A stretch of 64,000 bases of DNA. Origin: an uncultured Myxococcia bacterium. Lineage in GTDB: Bacteria > Myxococcota_A > UBA9042 > PHBI01. Shown here in pieces: positions 59,970-64,000 of the stretch. The position numbers were made by a program, and so were the translations under genes. The DNA lies in the NCBI GenBank assembly GCA_942493285.1, contig OW818691.1:950875-1014874 (forward strand), in the 5' to 3' direction. Under the pieces are notes generated by a model. It did not search any database, was not told the origin of the DNA, and was given only the letters and a program-made list of their open reading frames with translations. How positions within the stretch are numbered: the first letter of the stretch is position 1; every line of letters begins with the position of its first letter.

Positions 59970-61313
59970 TCAGAAACGCGCCATGCAGGCTTCATCGTAG
60001 CGCCCCATCAACCAGGCCGAGAGGCCTTCGACGTCGCTGCGGGTCGCGGCGACCTGGGCGAGACGATAGAGGTGGGGTGCGGCAAAACGACCTAGCTGTT
60101 GATAGGCGGCGTCGAGCGCCTCAGGAGCGGCTGACGCTTTGCTCCAGGCCGAAGCAAAGCGCTCCATGAGGGCGGTCTCATCGGCGTCGGAGAAGATCTC
60201 GACGCGACCGACGAGCGTCCGGACGAGCTCGTCGGGGGGCGGGTCGATGGCAATAGGAAGCAACGAGTCGGTCCAGCGCGAGGGGACGATGTAGAGCACA
60301 CGCGCGCCCGTGCTCTGGAAGTAGCTGTGGCTCCAGGTGTCGACCATCGAGAGGGCCTCGTCGGGTCGGAGGCCCGAGTCGGTAAGGGCCGAGATCAGGT
60401 CGGCGCGGGCCTCGTCGAGGTGGTTGTTGCCCGACCGCGGGTCGGAGCCAGACGAGCCGGACGCGCCAGACTTGGAGGTCTCGAAGGTCGTCGTCGAATG
60501 CGGGGCGATGGCGCCCAGGCGTTGCCAGTGGCCGCTGCCGTCGGGGTCGAGGCGCAGGTGGAATGCAGCCGCGATGGTGTCGGCGGAGTCGTTGTGGAAG
60601 GTGGCCTGCGTGCCTTGTGTCGTGATGCGCATGGGCGGCGTGAAGCGACCGAGGCCCCGGTAGAAGATGAAACGTTCGTGTTCATCGCCGGCGCGCAGCG
60701 GGGTCGCGGCGACCAGGCGGGAAGGCGCCCAGATGTCGTCCGTCGGGACCCACGGGAAGGTGTCGAGTGGGATGGTCGGGTCGAGCTGGACCTCCCAGCT
60801 CATGGCACCGTCGCGGATCCCGTCCATGGCGCCGACGGCCGGGGCGAAGGCCGAGGCGCGTGGGAAGTGTTGGCTGATGATGCCGTCAGGAAAGTCGACG
60901 GTCACACGCACGGTCTTCGGGGTGTCCGAATAGAAGAAGAGGACAGGTGTCTCGAGCTTCTGGGTGGCCGCTTCAGGCAGGTTCTCGAGGTCCTTGTCGC
61001 CGATGGTGAGGCAGACCGGCCCGCTGTCGCAGCGACCGTGCACGAACGGTGGCAGGCCCTCTTCTTCGATGTGGAGGCCGGGCAGGGGCTCGCCGGTCTT
61101 GTCCATCACGGAGGTGAAGGTGCCCCATTCATGGACGACGAACGCAGGTGCGACCGGGGCAACTTCGTGTGGTGCCGGCGTTTCAGGCGTGTTGGGCACT
61201 TCGGGCGTGGCGAGCACTTCGGGCGTGGCGAGGGGAGCCGAGGTCCCCGAGCGCGGCTCGGCAGAGCCGGCGCAGGCGAGGAAGGGCAGGGCGAGCAGGA
61301 CGGCGATGCGCAT
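59970..61313 (-). CDS. Conserved-looking hypothetical lipoprotein (VHEWGTFTS motif)
   Basis: Lipobox FLAC; VHEWGTFTSV, KLETPVLFFY, ERFIFYRGLG, LVRTLVGRVEI. Start moved to ATG 61313. Confidence 0.75.
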   Translation of the reverse strand: MRIAVLLALPFLACAGSAEPRSGTSAPLATPEVLATPEVPNTPETPAPHEVAPVAPAFVVHEWGTFTSVMDKTGEPLPGLHIEEEGLPPFVHGRCDSGPVCLTIGDKDLENLPEAATQKLETPVLFFYSDTPKTVRVTVDFPDGIISQHFPRASAFAPAVGAMDGIRDGAMSWEVQLDPTIPLDTFPWVPTDDIWAPSRLVAATPLRAGDEHERFIFYRGLGRFTPPMRITTQGTQATFHNDSADTIAAAFHLRLDPDGSGHWQRLGAIAPHSTTTFETSKSGASGSSGSDPRSGNNHLDEARADLISALTDSGLRPDEALSMVDTWSHSYFQSTGARVLYIVPSRWTDSLLPIAIDPPPDELVRTLVGRVEIFSDADETALMERFASAWSKASAAPEALDAAYQQLGRFAAPHLYRLAQVAATRSDVEGLSAWLMGRYDEACMARF

Positions 61314-61644
61314 GGGGACCTCGGGTGGTGGTGAGTCCGAGGTTGTCCTGAGCAAGGCGAGTGCCAGCGTCGCGACACGCAGAACGGCCACATTGGGCTG
61401 GGCAGCGCGCCAGGATGTAAAGTCAATTTACTGCCAGCCGTAGCCCTGGTTGCGGATGTAAGACCGGTTGCCGTCCCGAGTTGGGGGCGAGGCTTGTTTG
61501 CCCTCAATGGTGACTCGGCGCTGATTCTGGGGTTGGCCGGGTTCGATGTGGAGGCACGGCTCGCCATGCACTCGAATGACGACCCGGCAACGGCAGGTTC
61601 GAGGCAGGCGCACGGCTCGCATTGCCCAGGGGGTGACGACGAGC

Positions 61645-62298
61645 TCAGTGCTTGCAGCAGTCCGGCGCGACTTCCAGGAAGGGGCGCGGCGTGCACTCCA
61701 TGACATGACCACGCGCATCGAGGGCGACCTCGCAACACGCGTGGATCATGGCTTCGAGGCGCCGCTTGCCGCGTAACACCCGGGACTTGAGCGCGGGCAA
61801 CGATAGGCCGAGCAGCTCGGCCGCCTCTTTGCCGGTCCGGCCCTCGAGCTCGGTGAGGGTCAGGGCGTCGCGGCTGTCTTTGGGCAACGCCGCCACGAAG
61901 GCGACCAATGCCGTCGAGAGCAGGCGAGTAGGTTCGTCCATCGCCTCCGAAAGTGTCTCGGCCGCGTCGACGGCCGGCGCTACCTCATCGGGCCGTGTGC
62001 CTTCGCGTGCAGCCTCCTCGGCTTCGAGCCCGGCCAGCGGGTGCCGCTGACGCATCCGCAGGTGGTCGAAGACGGCCGAGCGAGCGACGCCGAAGAGCCA
62101 TGAGCCGAGCCGCTCCGTGCCGCGCACCTGATGGATGCCGCGCAGCATTCGGAGCCACACTTCCTGCATGACGTCGTCGATGTCGCTCGGCCCGACCCGG
62201 CGCGCAACCCAGGGTCGAATCCGCCCGTCGAGCTCCGACCAGTCGAGTCGGTCGAGCCCTTCTCCGGTCCCGCGACCCTCGGTGTGCGCGCCCTCCAT
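61645..62298 (-). CDS. ECF sigma factor, SigZ-like, with Cys-rich C-terminal tail
   Basis: Region 2 DIDDVMQEVW...SWLFGVARSAVFDHLR; region 4 LP...ELEG...KEAAELLGLSLPALKSRVLRG; tail ACCEVALDARGHVMEC...DCCKH. ATG 62298 overlaps the arsM stop (TGATG). Confidence 0.87.
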   Translation of the reverse strand: MEGAHTEGRGTGEGLDRLDWSELDGRIRPWVARRVGPSDIDDVMQEVWLRMLRGIHQVRGTERLGSWLFGVARSAVFDHLRMRQRHPLAGLEAEEAAREGTRPDEVAPAVDAAETLSEAMDEPTRLLSTALVAFVAALPKDSRDALTLTELEGRTGKEAAELLGLSLPALKSRVLRGKRRLEAMIHACCEVALDARGHVMECTPRPFLEVAPDCCKH

Positions 62299-63128
62299 CA
62301 GCGGGCTCCTGGCTTCTTCGCCTCGATGGTGGCCGAGGCGACGAAGTTCTCGGCGCCCGAGCCGGGCAACCACCCGGCGATGAAGGCCCGGCTCTCGGGC
62401 TTTGTGCGCACCGCGATGGCCTCGAAGCCCGCCTCGGCCAGCTGGCGCTTGACGTCGCTCACCAGCGCCGCCCCGGACACGCAGCCCGTGAGCGCGTCGA
62501 CCTGAGCCTGCAGCGCGGCCGGGATCTCGGCCAACGCCACCACGTCGGAGATCGCGAGCCGACCGCCCGGCTTGAGCACCCGGAAGGCGTCGCGGAAGAC
62601 CTGCGCTTTGTCGGGCGACAGGTTGATGACGCAGTTCGAGAGGATGGCGTCGACGCTCTGGTCGGCGACCGGCAGGTGCTCGATCTCTCCCAGCCGGAAC
62701 TCGACGTTGGTCACCCCGGCACTCAGCGCGTTGGAGCGGGCGCGGGTCACCATGTCCGGCGTCATGTCGACGCCGATGACGCGGCCGCTCGGGCCGACGG
62801 CGCGGGCTGCCAGGAAGCAGTCGATGCCGGCGCCACTGCCGAGGTCGACGACCGTCTCACCCGCCCGCAGGCTGGCGATGGCGTGGGGGTTGCCGCAGCC
62901 GAGCCCGAGGTCCGCGCCTTCGGGGATAGCCTCGAGCTCGTCCGGGCTGTAGCCGAGCGACGTGCTCTGCGGGCCGCAGCAGCCGGTAGCCTGGTTGGTC
63001 GCCTGTGGGGTCGCCGCCGCACTGGAGGCAGGGGCGCAGCAGCCCGGTCCGGCCGCGCCTACGCGGGCGATCTTGCCGTACTGGTCGCGGACTGCGACGC
63101 GCACGGCGTCGGGGTTCAACTGGGACAT
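62298..63128 (-). CDS. arsM: Arsenite S-adenosylmethionine methyltransferase
   Basis: [41 protein letters not shown] cover the conserved ArsM cysteine positions; GAGGAG SD. Start moved to ATG 63128. Confidence 0.92.
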   Translation of the reverse strand: MSQLNPDAVRVAVRDQYGKIARVGAAGPGCCAPASSAAATPQATNQATGCCGPQSTSLGYSPDELEAIPEGADLGLGCGNPHAIASLRAGETVVDLGSGAGIDCFLAARAVGPSGRVIGVDMTPDMVTRARSNALSAGVTNVEFRLGEIEHLPVADQSVDAILSNCVINLSPDKAQVFRDAFRVLKPGGRLAISDVVALAEIPAALQAQVDALTGCVSGAALVSDVKRQLAEAGFEAIAVRTKPESRAFIAGWLPGSGAENFVASATIEAKKPGAR

Positions 63129-63266
63129 GGTCTTGCTCCTCGGGAGTGTGGCGACGTGGTGTCGCGTCATCCATGAAGACGGGCATCGCCCGGAAAGGAT
63201 GCGCACCGCGATGCGCAAATGTGTCCGTCACCCCATGCTCGGACACCGCCGCCCGAGGCCCGGACA

Positions 63267-64000
63267 TCAGCGGCCGACGACCTCGGGCACCGCGTAGTCG
63301 GTCGGCTGAATGGCCAGGAAGAGCGAGCCCTCGCTGGGGATGAGGCTCAGCGGGCCCGGCATGTTCGGGGTCGTCGAGGTCGCGCTCCGCCACCCCATGA
63401 TGAACCGGTCATTGGCCGAGACCCAGCCCACGTGTTCGAGGACCTGCCCCGCAAACACGACGCGGTGCGAATAACGCGAACCTACGGCCGACGTGAACCA
63501 CCACCCAGGCCCTACATCCGAGTTCTCGTCGCCCGTGAACAGCTCCCCGTCGACCATCGCGCCGGCTTGATAGCCGATGACCCCGGCATCGAACCGGTGG
63601 ACGATCTGTGCGCCGACCGGGTCGGGAGACCCGATGCCGCCGTGCATCGACACGAACGCATAGGGGCCTGAGAGGTTGGCGCGGCCGGCGGTGCGGTCAC
63701 GGACGAGGACGAGGATGCCATAGCGGATGGCGCCGTCGTCGCGTGTGAGGACGATGACGTCGCCGCGTGGACCGATGCCGCCGGTCCACCTGACAGGTGT
63801 TCTCTGGGCCGGGTCGGTGACGCCGTCGGCAATGAGCTCGAGGTTGATACGATGGCCGCCCTGGAAGCCGGTGAAACAGTCGCTGCCGTCGGCCACATAG
63901 CTGTGGCTGACACCGAGGTCTGGGCTCGTCGCGATGATGCCCGAACCTGTGAGGCAACCGCCGTCGAAGGTGATGGTGCCTTGCCAGGTCATGACCGGTG
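63267..64000 (-). CDS. Hypothetical beta-rich protein, 5-prime partial
   Basis: Frame is open to the window end with strong GC3 bias; no family recognised. Confidence 0.6.
   Translation of the reverse strand, partial: PVMTWQGTITFDGGCLTGSGIIATSPDLGVSHSYVADGSDCFTGFQGGHRINLELIADGVTDPAQRTPVRWTGGIGPRGDVIVLTRDDGAIRYGILVLVRDRTAGRANLSGPYAFVSMHGGIGSPDPVGAQIVHRFDAGVIGYQAGAMVDGELFTGDENSDVGPGWWFTSAVGSRYSHRVVFAGQVLEHVGWVSANDRFIMGWRSATSTTPNMPGPLSLIPSEGSLFLAIQPTDYAVPEVVGR

Noticed and set aside
61405-61440. Sigma54 -24/-12 promoter (TGGCAGTAAATTGAC on the minus strand)
   Set aside because: Spacing is off by one and the -12 GC is missing; I found no convincing sigma54 promoter in the window.

Overview
High-GC (about 70% by eye) bacterial DNA, most consistent with Myxococcota/delta-proteobacteria: two MYXO-CTERM-like tails, PEGA-domain Ser/Thr kinases, OmpA-TSP3 protein, split nuo cluster. 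The housekeeping core is a minus-strand tRNA cluster (Arg-UCU, His, Arg-UCG, Lys-CUU, Leu-UAG) followed by tig-clpP-clpX-lon, plus nuoE-F-J-K-L-M-N, rsgA and recN. Accessory content: a calcium-binding-EGF lipoprotein beside an FHA-wHTH regulator and a kinase-WD40 gene; a CzcA-type RND operon with a stand-alone Cys/His lipoprotein and TlpA; a hybrid kinase / 60-aa DHp-like mini-protein / sigma54 regulator operon; a PEGA/kinase cluster; a giant Cys-rich Ig-repeat adhesin next to a barrel-TSP3-OmpA protein (TraAB-like layout); an SmtB-type repressor coupled to a His-rich metallothionein-like protein; and arsM coupled to a Cys-tailed SigZ-like ECF sigma factor. Best candidates for undescribed biology: (1) a minimal DHp-only phosphorelay shuttle, (2) the TraAB-like pair with a novel four-copy domain, (3) three non-canonical metal/metalloid modules, (4) a GGCGYG hexamer array found both in frame inside czcA and between genes upstream of recN. 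No integrase, transposase, rRNA or CRISPR array was recognised. All family calls come from motif recognition by eye, not database searches. Several start codons were moved from the ORF track and are inferences.
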